Of a DNA stretch of 64,000 nt, positions 15,028 to 28,071 are shown piece after piece; positions within the stretch are counted from its first letter, which is position 1, and each line of letters begins with the position of its first letter. A program made the translations under genes and the position numbers. The notes under the pieces are model-generated. The model was given only the letters and a program-made list of their open reading frames with translations. It did no database searches and had not been told where the DNA came from. The DNA is from Balanoglossus misakiensis (Eukaryota; Animalia; Hemichordata): positions 6,827,519 to 6,891,518 of the forward strand of contig CM082580.2 of NCBI GenBank assembly GCA_040954595.2, given 5' to 3'.

Positions 15028-17002
15028 TCGGTAACGGAGACGACTCCAGATCACCAATAAATATTTTGGGTCCGATTAACAATTCTGCAATAACCAAACA
15101 AACATAGCGGTGTTAAGTACCTGTGAAGTTACTATGTCTCCAAGGCCGGGTGCCGGTTTCTCAGGCACCCCGTGTTCCGAGAGATCCTACACGCTTCGTT
15201 CGAGATGAACTGAACCAGTGCTCTCGGTGAAGTCAAATAAAAGATGGGGAAAATAGCCTATTACGATCTCCGCCCTCTTCAGTGATCTCGCCAACCAATA
15301 GAAACGTAGTAACTGCGTGTAACGAGATTCACGTGTCTAGCGAACCACTACAATTCATCACACAGTGCAATGCAATGCAACGCAGCTCAGCGGAAGGCAG
15401 TGACGACACAGGGCCATGAGAGAGAGAGAAAAGAGCGCGCGACATAGCGTCCATTCCCCCCTCCCTTTGAGATATCTAACACGCTGGTGACACTTTGGAC
15501 GTCTGCATACCTCAGACGAAATGAGTGGCAGCCATGCAAACACCAATGCCAATGCTGCAGTACAGCCAACCCACTTACGGGTCTGTCTAGACCCGAAGTC
15601 AACGGCTTTTTGAGCTGACTGCATGGGAGGCATTAGATTTCACCCCGACGCATTTTAATAATAACTCGACCAGACTTAGCTCCTATGCTACGGTTACTTA
15701 TGAAATGTAGCTGCATGCGATAGAAGCATATTTCATATCAACTGTGAAGACGTCATGTTGCGTTGCTTGGAAGCCCGAGTTCAGCAAACCTCGCAACCTG
15801 TCTGCATTTCACTGTATACAAATCTGGCCACTTTCTCTAATCCCTGCGTCGCACCCGCCGACGGTGACGTCACAGGTTAGCCAGATCTCGCCGAATCTGC
15901 TCACATCACGAGAAGTGTTTTAAAACAAGTTTTCTTGTTTTCTCACGAAGTGCTTGGGACGATTTGCCACGTGATCGGCTGGTTGATTAAGTAAAAGAAC
16001 CAACTTTCTCCATCTTTTAGAGGGGAAATTTCGCCCCCCCCCCTCCAACAGAAACGTCAAACTTATTTGCAATTCAAGTATCCCATTTTGCGCAGTTTCT
16101 TTCAAACCAACAGGCGCCTAATAAATCAATGAGGATTTTTCATTCGGGTATGAAATAAAATAATCAGTCAGGCTTGCCATGGTACATGTAGTTGCTGTAT
16201 CCATCAGTTTTGACTCGCGTTCGTTGCTTGGCAACCGTTGGTTTGAGGAGTAAGATTTTGGTCGCTAGGAGTTGGAGGCATGGGCGAACGTGGGCGTGTT
16301 AAGAACAATTCTTTGCAGTCTTTGAAATCTCCGATTTCAGTGGACAAGTTATTAGGAACTGGACGACGTGAATAGCATTTCGAGGCTATGCCATTACGTC
16401 ATCAAAATTTGTTACAAGGTGTGGTGGGCGTAGTGCCCGGGACGCACAATAAGCCGCGCTGGACTCGGTGTCTGAAGTATGTCGAGATCAGTAGACTGAT
16501 GCTAAACGCGGCAGTTTCGGATAAAAGGGAAATTTTTAAAGGCCTTTGTGTGCGGTTCACGGTGTAATGAGTGATATGAACAGGTGTGCGCGTGGTTGCT
16601 AGGGCCCAGACTCGCCGGGAGTGTCTGCAACTCACGTAGTTCACTGGAGTGCAGTCTCGATGACGGTGAAACCGCGACGTCACATTGGCCGGTTAGCTTT
16701 TAGGGGCGCGAATTCTGCATGAATTCACTTCAGTCGGGGGGGGGGGGAGGGGACACCCACCCGTTTGGACGTCACATTCACCCCGCATTTCACCATGGAT
16801 AATTTGGATCATTCACTTTACAATTTATGGTTGGGGAAAACATCACTTTTTGCTAGTTGATGCAAACGAGGTGTTTGTACTTGGAAAAGCGGATGATATT
16901 AGTTATGAAACAAACAAACAATTATCATGCATGCACGTATACATGCATTCATAAGGTAATATATACACATAATGTGATGACCGATTTCTTAATCGGTTGT
17001 CC

Positions 17003-17219
17003 TGTAGGGTGTGGACAAAATAAACAGAGGGGAGGGCTGGTACATGAAAAAAGTTACCCTCCCGGTGGGACGAACTTCACCCGCCCTTTTTACAGTTCAT
17101 CATAATGTTGAGCACCAATGTGGCACCCATGTTGTTCAAGTCGTCTGAAGACTAAGTGGACAGACATACTTGGGAAGTTTACCCCCCCCCCCGGGATTAT
17201 GAACAGTGCACGCCCTACA
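17003..17219. mobile_element. Degraded MITE-like element
   Basis: Imperfect terminal inverted repeats tgtagggtgtggac (17003-17016) and gtgcacgccctaca (17206-17219) match at 12/14, with internal G-run/C-run symmetry. No coding capacity. Confidence 0.4.
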
Positions 17220-19453
17220 CTCGATCCGGGGTTAATTTCACGGAACATCACAAACAGACAGACAGACTGAAAGGTAGGCCCGAAGAAGAAAACAGTTACA
17301 AAGGGCATTTTGATACACAGCACTGTTGGCTCAGCGATTTCTTTTTATAAACTTCCTATGTACCTTCGCGTCTCGGGCGTGGGCGCTATTTGCCCAACAA
17401 TCGGTGCCTCCGTGTACCAATGTTGTCACATGGCAGAGATCAAGGCTAAAGCAAGAAGCGGCCACTTAAAAAGCACTGAACCGTCGTCACGCACCTGTAA
17501 GCTCGAATTGTTACATCCACCGACACAGGCGGGAAATGCGGACACGCATTATTTGGCGAGGCGTCGGGAAGGAAGAGGAAACGCGCGCGGCCGGGGACCG
17601 AAGTCAGTCTCACGTTGGACACATTCTGCAGTCGCTTTATTGATGACCTCGGCGATAATGTGGCCCATGCCCGCCAGGTTTCTATGGCAGCAACAAATCA
17701 CTCTGCACGCGGTGTGTGTGCGGTGTCTGGCTGTCTGGCGGATGAGTACTCGAACGAGGCGGAGTTTGACATCTCCCAGGTGAATAAGCCGCGAAGCCCG
17801 TCGGGAATTGCTGCATGCACAGGTGACCTGAAGGGGAAGTGTCAGTCTGGGCTTTGGGGGTGTGTTAGGGGTAGAATACCCTCAGGGCGGTTAAAAATTG
17901 TCTACTTGTGAGGCAAAGAAACGTTGCAGACTTTAAAGAATGTATTCAGATATGAGATGAAGGGTGTAATAGGGGGGATACCCGAAAGGGAAGAAACAAC
18001 TCCGCGACGTATACGTACAAGACCGCAGAGATTTTTTAGTTGTACTCATCATGACCAAGATGAACGAATATGTCGTGAATGTAACGCAGCGGCGAGATGA
18101 AAATAACAGAAATTGACAAAAAAGACGGGCATAAATGACAAAGGAGAAGGACTGACGTGCATCTTAACGACGTAATTGATCATGAGTAAACCAGAATCAC
18201 CGTTTTTTGTTGTGAAAAATGATACTGTTTTCGCGGACAGCGAATATGTTTCACTTCAACGCTGTGTGTTAAAGTTTTATTGGCTCATTACTAGGCATGT
18301 CTTTGCACAAAATTATTCGAGATTCTAGCCATACGCTCTACATGAGTCACCGTAATACCATAAAAAATAATTTACAACCCAGGCGTTATTAAGACTTTAA
18401 ACTTTATCCGTTGACTTGCTTGACTCATGAAAACAAAACTGAGCTTAGATGGAGCAAAGCTTCGCAATTCAAGAATGCTAACAGGTTTCATTGCCGGTTA
18501 TTTTTCGCGCAGCCCACACTCGGAGATATTGCGCAAAAAGGGTTCACGCGTTTGCGTTGTTAATTGAACTTCTCCGAAACCGTCAAACTATGTTTCTCAA
18601 GATCTGGCCAAGTGTCACTCAACCTTGGCTGGCTGCATGCCGCGTTTCCCAAACGGTAAACCACGATTGACGTCAATATAGTTCGACGTGGCGGTCCTGT
18701 CGACTAATTCGCGCACAAAGGCATTCTTTTGGCCTTTTATTTTTTCAAATAATGGGAGATTTGATGGTCAATCGGACTTACACAAAATCCACCACACGCA
18801 ACAAGAATGCTGGCAACTGACTGCGTTCAAATGTGTGAAGGGGAGAGAGTGCAAAAACTCCTGACAGCGACCGATCGTTACCTGCGGTTTTGAGATTCAA
18901 TATCGCGGCGGGACGGCGTCTCGCTCTCTGAATGAACTGATCTACGGGATACAGCTGTACCCCCGAGACGCATAACGGGACAACGGGCCTCAAAGTCTTG
19001 AAAAGTCACATTAGGCGCAGATTTATTTAGCTGTCACTCGGTGACCTTGCTGCTTGACAGCGGAGAGCTGGAGTGTCAGATAAGACTGGCGTTTGACGTC
19101 AACCCAACACTTGAACAAAAATGCCTTGTCGTTGGAAAACGTGCTCGGTTGCAAAAAGACAGTTTCCTTCACCGACACTGTCACTGGGGTCACCTGCCCT
19201 CTAACGACCAGCAGACTGGCCCACGTTGCGAGTCAGTCGGAAGTTGACTCCTTGACACGACAAAGGACCACCCAGTTAATGCAGCACCTTTACCACCACA
19301 CTGAGTTTTATAGGCTGTGAGACCAAATAGCCGGAACGTCGAACAAACGACAAGAAAACGGCGATTAACTTGTCAAGTCAATCGCATAATTTCAGGCTGC
19401 CAATCACAGTGCATGATCAATAATAAAAACTTCCGATTTTTGGCTAGTGTCCT

Positions 19454-19551
<98 letters not shown>
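19454..19551. repeat. (ATG)n trinucleotide microsatellite
   Basis: About 32 perfect ATG units; produces the spurious poly-His ORF. Confidence 0.97.
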
Positions 19552-22500
19552 AAGTGTTCGGCATAATGTATTATGAATACTTTACAATAGAGATAAACTT
19601 GGAATCCGTGTGTACTTTTTCTTGAAACCTTTGTTAAAATTCATCCACATCGACACAACTCTTAAAAGTTGTGACGTCACGCCCACTGAAATACACTTCA
19701 GGGATTGCGAAAATTGAATAATCGGCAACAGAACTTGAAATCTGTCACCATGGAAACGTAGAGATTTACGACCGACTTTCTGAAATTGTATATTCTTGAG
19801 GGGACAGTATTCGCGGCGATATTTAGTTTCACAGCCGTGGAAAATCTGTAGAGTTTATCAATCAGTTAAAGCGTTGTAAGCGGGTGTGATCAGATTGAAC
19901 TACGCTTACGTTGCTCTTGTGGGAATATTTCTTAAACGTTTTCCAAGTCAGTTCACGTTCCGCTGTAGCGTTTTACTGACCCCGGGATCTTTTAATGAAC
20001 CCTCGAAGTGACTCAGATCCCCGGCAAAATCGTAAGAAATTCCGTTTATGGCCTCTGTACGACTTTAATCTCGGTAATTCATGTATGTGGCGTGGCATGA
20101 AGTGAAGTCGACATCAGAATGTTGCGGTAAATCACCGCTCCAAACTAGATCTCTCACAGTGCCTTAATGGACCCTTAATAAACTACCGATCGGAATTGGC
20201 GAAAATTCGTTTCAAGTCCGCTACAATTATGGATAAACAAAACCCGGAGTTTTTGTTTCTCTCCCCCCTCAGCCCCCCCCCCCCCCCACTGAAGTAATCC
20301 TTCAGTTATTAGCTGTTCTTAAAGTTCACATCATGGTGATTTGTGTAGTCGGGCAATTGTCATTTGTATGTTTACGACCACCCCGTTTCCTTTTTTTCCA
20401 TTCCCACACATTATTTTAAGGCTCTCTACTTGACGTGTCCTGCCTGCATATATCATCCATGCAAATGTTCGTTTTAATCGAATTACTTTGTTTTGTCCTT
20501 AACCTGTTTCGGCTGCTGGTACTGGCTATTACTCTTGGTAATTTAAAAAAAATATATACCAAAGCGTCGATATTTTAACCACAGGGTGACATATACTGGG
20601 TTATGTGAACAGGTCGAACCCCGGGAAATGCAATGAGCTCTGGCGAGTGGTATAATTTCAAATGGATGTCAAATTGAGGAAGTTCTAACTGTTGCGTTAG
20701 TTTTCATAAGGGATCCAGGTGGAACGGGGTATCGGTCGACGATCAAGGGGCCAGGAGTCCTACTATTGACATCGCAAATTATTTCATTTCTTTGCCAAAC
20801 TCTGCAGAGACTTTTGCATGCAGCTTGAAATCCGCTAAGAGGAGTTAGCAACTTTCATGCAAAAAGAACGGTAACGCACGTTTAAAGTCGTTTATGTGTA
20901 CTTGGGGGGGGGGGGTGTGCGAAAGGAAAGATGCCGACTGAGATGGAAAAAATAACGGCATTGCCATGACCTGTACAAATCAAGTTCACATGGAGTATTC
21001 AGTGCATCCGTTCTTCGGGTCATGGTCAGACAGTTGCAGTTTAAATCATATATTTTTTTTATTGTAGTGGCGCTTTAATTTCTCCTTGAAGAGAGCACAT
21101 GGAGAAGGAAGTGTCATTCCAGGGCGCATTGAGTTATTATGTATGGCCCTGTTATGCCGGAGGGTGGTCGCCAAATCACAGTGTGAGAAACGGGTACACG
21201 CGTGTGGCGCTGAATGGGTGAACGTGAGGCTGGTTGCAACAGTTATGTGTCTTGCGGTTAGCCAATATCGCATGATTTGACGGTTTTTATGAGTCGCGGT
21301 GTCATGTTGACAGTTTTACAGCCATTTGAATGATTTCGGTTGGGATTTATCGATGTTTTTTTCTAGAGTCCGGGAAATCGAGCAAAGTCTTCGTGCACCT
21401 GAAATTGTGGGGGGGGGGGGGGGGGGGGGTTAGCACTTGTCGTCTGCTCGATCTTTCAAAGAGACATGGACTTCTGCATTTGACGGCATTGTAAATGATT
21501 TTTTTTCAACATTCAAGAGCAAGGCCTGTGAGTCTGAGCATTATACTTCTCTCGAATTCCTGTGAGTCGTAACAAAACGAATATGTAACTCTGATGACAT
21601 AACAAAGATGCAGTCCCATCATGGCATGTCAAAAATATACTAACAACGCATGCATTCGCTTGGGATTTCGCGATCGTATAAATATACCTCAACATGTAAA
21701 TCCCACTGTCAATTCTCATCTCGCCAAGTGTTTATTTTCCATCAAATCCGCGTTTCCCGCCGTTTTGTTAATCCCAGCAATCCAATTAGCTGTGTTCCGA
21801 CTTTGCCATGTATAAGAATTAAAAATTCTTGTAAGAATCTCGCGCTCACTCGATGGAATTACTGTCTACGGAAAGCCGTCGGTCGAAAGGCGACTTTCGT
21901 GTACTTCGCACTCCAGGTCCAAATCAAATCAAAGTAAATTACATCACAGACGTCAACGCTTTGCCGTGCCTTGTTATTCTTATTTAAGTCTCAGAAATAA
22001 ATATTTTCGTGACCGGTCACCGTGTGCTTTACTTACCGGCATCCCATGCGTTCCACCGCAACTGTTTCGTCTACGAGACTGTTGGCTCACCAACCCCGCA
22101 TCGTCTGATTACTTAATTGAATAATTCCACTTATTCTGGCATATTTATGGGTAGGAACGGCTCCGTGACGTCAGCAACATGCTTGAGAAATCTCCCACTC
22201 GGCCAGTATCATTGGCCCGTTTGTTTGCCCAAATCTAATCTCATTCTCTCGCGTTCTTTGAGTCATTTCCCAATGTAGGGCGTTCTCCCCGAGCAAGAAA
22301 TAGGGAAAAAAACTGCTTGCCGCGATCTCATATGTATCGCGACCACTCGAGCGGTTGTTTTAATACACGGTAATATCGCGGCTCTCCAGAACCCTCGCCA
22401 TCCGCCCACATACCGAATGATTGTCGAGATAAAGGCAACACAGTATCCACGTCTGACGTCAAATTTTACTGCACGCGTCCAATAACGGCGAGGCGGTGCG

Positions 22501-25500
22501 TTTTAGGATTTGTCGAATAAACCAGTTGGAAATAAATATTAATCGAAGATAGTGTGCGACAAGGGAAGTCATTTCCGAACCTTCTTATCGTGGCTTACAA
22601 ACAGCCCGGTGTCATGATACATACTAGTGCATTATTACTAAACGTGGAGAAATAAAATCTCAAATCTCGGATATGAAACTCATTGGCCCTATTTCTAAAA
22701 TACGGATATAAAATTGACGTAACAAAAGTAGTTAATCCCCCCGATCACCACTCGAATCGAGGATATTTTAACTGAATTGAAATTTGCGGACTTGTTAATT
22801 TTGATACCAGCCTGAATTTGTTTGTTACGTGGCGAAGAGAATCAGGTATGACGTCATTGTTATTATGCATTGACCACGTGGGTATAAGGTGTTCCCCCCA
22901 AAGGAACGCACTATTTTGGAAGGCGCTTTTCTCCATACATCATATGTGGCGACACTGTTGGTCTGTGTGATTTTACCCCCGACTGGATGAGTGTATATTT
23001 TTTGCGCGGTTGTAGTCGACATAATATTGTATTACATTTTTTTATAACTCTTGATTTTTTTATCACGATGGTAAAAATGGCGCTGTCATATCCATTCGCC
23101 GGAAATACAATTAGGAATACAAGCGACCATTCAATATTAATATGACATTTATGTCAGTCGGTGAGCATTTGCAATAAAATAACATGAAGTGATTATGCAT
23201 TCAAGTCACGGATTATCCCATCGCATTCGTCAAACGTACGCACGGTCAGACAGATTCGTCAAATGTCATGACACCGGCCAAGCCTGATCAGCGTCGCAGA
23301 TTAGAAAATCTTCCCCCTCGTTTGCATAAATCTCAATATTATGACAAATCCCCATAAAACTGTGGCGGGAAACGACATAAATACCACCAGGCCAAGGATT
23401 ACAATGCAATAATCTCAGGCAGATTAGTAACACGGTAATTGTGTAGAGATGATGAGTTTGGGGCGTTTTAGTATAGTTGGGTGACCATCAAAGACTACAT
23501 CGTTTTCTTTTGACTGTATGTAGATTCCCAGCACGACAAACTCGAAGGCGAAGTTTAATCATAAGGTATTGCTTCTCCTTAAAAGCTTACGTTTTAGTCA
23601 CAGGTGAAACTTATTGCCACCATCAAAAACATCAACAGCCCGAATGACTCAACGTGAAAACTGTCGCAAGGGGGAACAGTCTATCCATTTTAATAGCGCT
23701 CGACATTTACGGCCCCCGCGACGGAAAGTCAGCAAACGTCGACGACATGGACATTGTGGTAGTGCTTCGCCGTGGGACGAGAATACACACCAAGACAGGC
23801 AGCATGTTTCCAACCGCTTGGGCAGAATTGTTCGTTTACTGGGGTAAGCCCGGGTCTCGCATTTCACCAAGTTCAAGTTCACGGACGCAGTCTCAAACCA
23901 CCTGCGAATTCGATCAGACTTACCTGCTATTAAAGCTCAGAATCGCGAGGACCGCGCTGTCGTTTTACCAATGCGAAAACTCGATAGCCTTTCGAAAAAG
24001 TACAGTTATTGCAATGGGTAACGCAAATTTGAATGTTGTCATCGACCAAGACAATACGGTCGGGGTCAACAGTCAACCGAACTGTCCTAAAGAGGGACAA
24101 GAAGCGACAAGGACCCATTGGTCGCCGTTCATAGAACAACCGTTTTGTCTCATTTAGCATTCAATGCTATATTATGGAAACCCGTGGGTACATCTTGAGT
24201 TTTTCCGTTTGTCCAAAACATTGCTTGCAAAAAAAAACAACTGACAAAAACAATGGCAAGTTTCATTGCCAGCGTTTTTACGGACCATTTCACGGAGATA
24301 AACGTAGCAATCACCTGCCCCTGGATGATGCCGAGGCAATATAGCCTAGTTAATACTTCTGCGGCGTACTCGCACAGTGTTTGATGGGCTTTTGAAGAGT
24401 GATTACTACGTCGTAAAACCGTGCCGCAAAAGCCGATACGGCTTTATCTCCGCGAAAATAAAACAAGCACGACTGCCTGACCTGGAAAGGACAGGCTGAA
24501 TAACAAACTTCGGTTCGCCGTAACATCAGATGTGCCCACCGCAATAATTGACGAGGCGCTTCGTACTAACATTTAGATAAAGCTGCAGCTATTATCGGGG
24601 AGCAAACCTTACCGTGTCGATTCCTACGTTCTTTGCGCTGCGGCGCCCAACCTCAGACTGGCTTGCTTGGACTCCTCACCTTTTACCTCCGGCCCAGAGT
24701 AGAATTTAAAGTGCTTTTCAAACATCAACTGTTTCACACGCCACAGGGGAGGCCCGTTTAATCTGCTGACTTAAAAAACCCGCAAAGAGAGTTATTTTTT
24801 TCTCTCTCAGAAAGGGGACACAATTCCCGGAGATGGAAGAACAAACGCAAGGTCTATTTTTGGGTTTCCTCGCTGGGAGACTAATTCCGTCTAGAGTAAA
24901 TGACAAGCTTTATTCCCTCACAAAGAGGTGTCAATTAAGATGTACTTAATAGAGTCTGTAGTTTTCTTCTTCTTTTTTTCTTTTTGACACTGTCTGTTTT
25001 CTTAATCTTTGGAGTGGCTTTCGTCGTTGTCAATGCGCAGCTGACAAGTCTGTCTTTTCAAATGACAACAATCAACGGACGACAGTTACGCCTAAAGCGA
25101 TCAGCCGAGACCATTGGCTTCTGCGCCCGTATCATATAAACAATGGAAAAGCAATTACCGCTGGGCGGGACCGGGAATTCGGTCATCGAATGCTCCAATC
25201 AATTTAACTGCTCGCAAACTGTTCAGTATTTTGTGAAGCAGCACATGTTATCGCACACCTTTTTTTGTTCTTGTTCACAAAACGGCCCAGTGAGAAGCAG
25301 AATCGATGGCGAGGAGCAAGTCACCGGAAGATCGATGGGAACCGCTGACTACGGGAACACACGCGGCATGATTGACAACGTCTAACACGGGCGTGGTCAT
25401 TGCGAAACACACAAAGTTGTTTACGTCTGCCGTGAAAACCGTCTCCTTTCAGACGGCCGTTCTCTTTTTTCCCTTCCTAACGGGAATTGTCCGGGATGTC

Positions 25501-25914
25501 ACTCACCCGTTGACAGGCCCTGCCAGACGCGTGAGACAGATCCAACCTTTTGTGTCTGGATTACTGAATTCCCACCGTCCCCGAGGGAATGTGTGTGACT
25601 TCTTTCAAGATTACAAGTGTCTCGAAGGAGCAGCTTGCTTGTTCAAGACGCTCGAAGTGCCACTCCAATTTTTGAAGTCCTACCATAGACACCACTGTCT
25701 GTGGTCTTACCCCTTTTCGTCTCTAAAGTGATCTGCACTGGTGAAGTTGTTTGTGTAAGAACTTTACTGCGTGGAAAGCCAATACACTCACTGGAAAAAA
25801 ATCAAACACACTACAATTGACAGTGGTTTGCGCCTTGTTCCAAAATATGTGTAAATCGTGACTTATGCTTTCACTCTGGCACTCCGGTAAACCACAAGTG
25901 GAGTATGAAACAAT

Positions 25915-26056
25915 GGGAGGGGGAGAGAGATAAAGACAGAGAGGGGGAGTGGAGATGGGAGGGAGAGAGAGGGAGGGAGAGATCGAATGGGGAAGGATGG
26001 GGCGGGAGATGTGGAAGGGAGGGAGGGAAAGAGGTAGAAGGAGAGAAGGGGAGGGA
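25915..26056. repeat. Polypurine (G/A-rich) low-complexity tract
   Basis: gggagggggagagagataaagacagagagggggag... almost all purine on the + strand. Confidence 0.85.
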
Positions 26057-27967
26057 GTCTGACTATCTTTGCATATACCGTTACGTTTTCAGTCTTTACT
26101 GCTTCTGGTGTCGTCATGTTCTACCTTTGTTCATACGCATGCATGCGTGTATTTCTTAATCACGAAAGAGACAAAAACTAAACCAACTGGTAGGAAATCA
26201 CTCACATTGTGTAAGCGCTTATAAGGGCAAAGTCGCAAACTGAAGGCATAATCCGTTGACAGTGTTGTTAAGTCTGAGAAGTTATTTTTGTTCCACTGGT
26301 CGGCAACAACCATGCCTGTGTTGTACGGAAAGAGGGGGAATTTTTCAGAGGCATTTTGTTGACATGGCGCACTCTTTGAATCGCTTTAGATTGATAAAGC
26401 ATTGGATGAATGGTTTCGAACTGATCTCGGGTACTACAAAGGCAAAACAGTTTCGAGAAGATAAAGTAGACACAATTAATTAAAGACGCATTATTACTTT
26501 CTAAGCCGGGAGTATTAAATGCAAACGAACGAGGAAAGCATTGCCGGGCCTTGACTTTTGTTTGTAATCAGACTCGGGCTTGAAATATCGGAATCGTGCT
26601 TTTCATTCCCTTGAAATATAAAGCTATCCGAGGGACGTTTAGATTTGGAATAATATTGATGAGAGCGCAAAATCCAGGCGCAGTGATTCATCTGCAGCGC
26701 CGTGAAATATTGATCTGTGGAGAGAAGCGCACCCGATGAAGAATGATTCGGTACGGTCATCGCATAATCGCCAAGAGAAATTATTTCACCATTATTTCTC
26801 TGTCTGGAAAAACAGAAGGTTTTGCACGTTGATCAGTGTGTAATCTGTTTTTTTCTCCTCTCTTGAAGGCAACGAACTCGAAAATCACCGAAAGGCCAGC
26901 GTAGTCTGTCGTATTAATGTCCATATTTTTCACATACTGGCAATTTATTTTCGTTCTGAAATGTAGATCACGGTATGATGGATTCTGTCAAGCTGTGTAC
27001 ACGAATATATTCACATCTGCAATTCATGTTTTTGAGGGGGGTCGTGGAAATCGTATCACTTAAGAGGGAAAAGATCCAGTTTGTGCCTGGTTGCGTGTTA
27101 CTACAATAATAATGACTGTAGACTTCCTATATCATGGCCCCTGCTCGTATAGGTCGCAGAGCGGGTGGGAAATTTCACAGTATTCACCAGGAGACAACTA
27201 CTATACAAGAACGAGCCCGCTGAAACAGAAAAAAAAATCCCGCTAGTCCAAACTGCAGGGACAATGACTGTAAGCTACAGGGGTTAAAAAGAAACTTCGG
27301 AAATTTTCCCACAACGCCACGATTTCAATGCGTCTGCGAGAATGGCCCGTGGCGTTAATCTGGATAGAGAGTTGTTTTTGGTCCTTTGTTCGGGGGCAGG
27401 TTATTGACTTCTCACTCTTCACATTTTGAACGGATGTGTACCGAATATGCGCCGTGCTTGGTTTAGCTGTTGTGTCATTATGGACATAGCCTATACATTG
27501 TGTGTTTTCCGAGGAGCTAAAGTTGAAGATGAAAGTATCATATTTTGCTGGAATTTATCCAGAGATAATCATTTTCTAGAGTATGTGATTAAAGTATGAT
27601 GTACCAAGTGCATAACGAAAGTATCACTGAAAACCAACGATTGTCTGTAAGGGTTGGACGAGGGAGCCTCGATCCTTGACAAGATATCGAAGACTATATA
27701 ACGATCCCGATGAATTTCTATCTGACCTCTGGACACCGAGGTTAATAGTACAATCATGTAGTCGGAATGCAGTCACGTTGATATCAGATTTGCTCCGTTT
27801 ATTATATAATTTCTTTAGTTAACCTACGCGCGAAGAAGTGTACGAAGTGGCAATCAAACCAACGCGTGCAAAATTATGTGTCAGGAGTTCTAGTCATATT
27901 GTGTTTATTGAAAAATTGCTTTCATTCTATGTGAGACTGACTGTTGAGGTTCACGCATATATGTTAA

Positions 27968-28003
27968 TGGTGATGGTGGTGGTTGTGGTGGTGGTGGTGG
28001 TGG

Positions 28004-28070
<67 letters not shown>

Positions 28071-28071
28071 A
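27968..28071. repeat. Compound (GGT)n-(GAT)n microsatellite
   Basis: Directly visible; source of the spurious poly-V/poly-M and poly-S/poly-P ORFs. Confidence 0.95.

Noticed and set aside
19373-19564. Poly-His ORF, plus similar ORFs at 27838-28153, 48950-49336 and 6216-6549
   Set aside because: These are translations of microsatellites with no other coding signal.
21409-21429. Long G/C homopolymers (also ~16736, 20273, 29882, 55959) as G-quadruplex elements
   Set aside because: Scattered simple runs of uncertain assembled length, with no positional pattern.
23654-24157. 167-codon ORF in the intergenic region (also 17310-17783 and 2680-3156)
   Set aside because: No recognisable domain or consistent exon chain, mostly non-ATG starts, and lengths attainable by chance.
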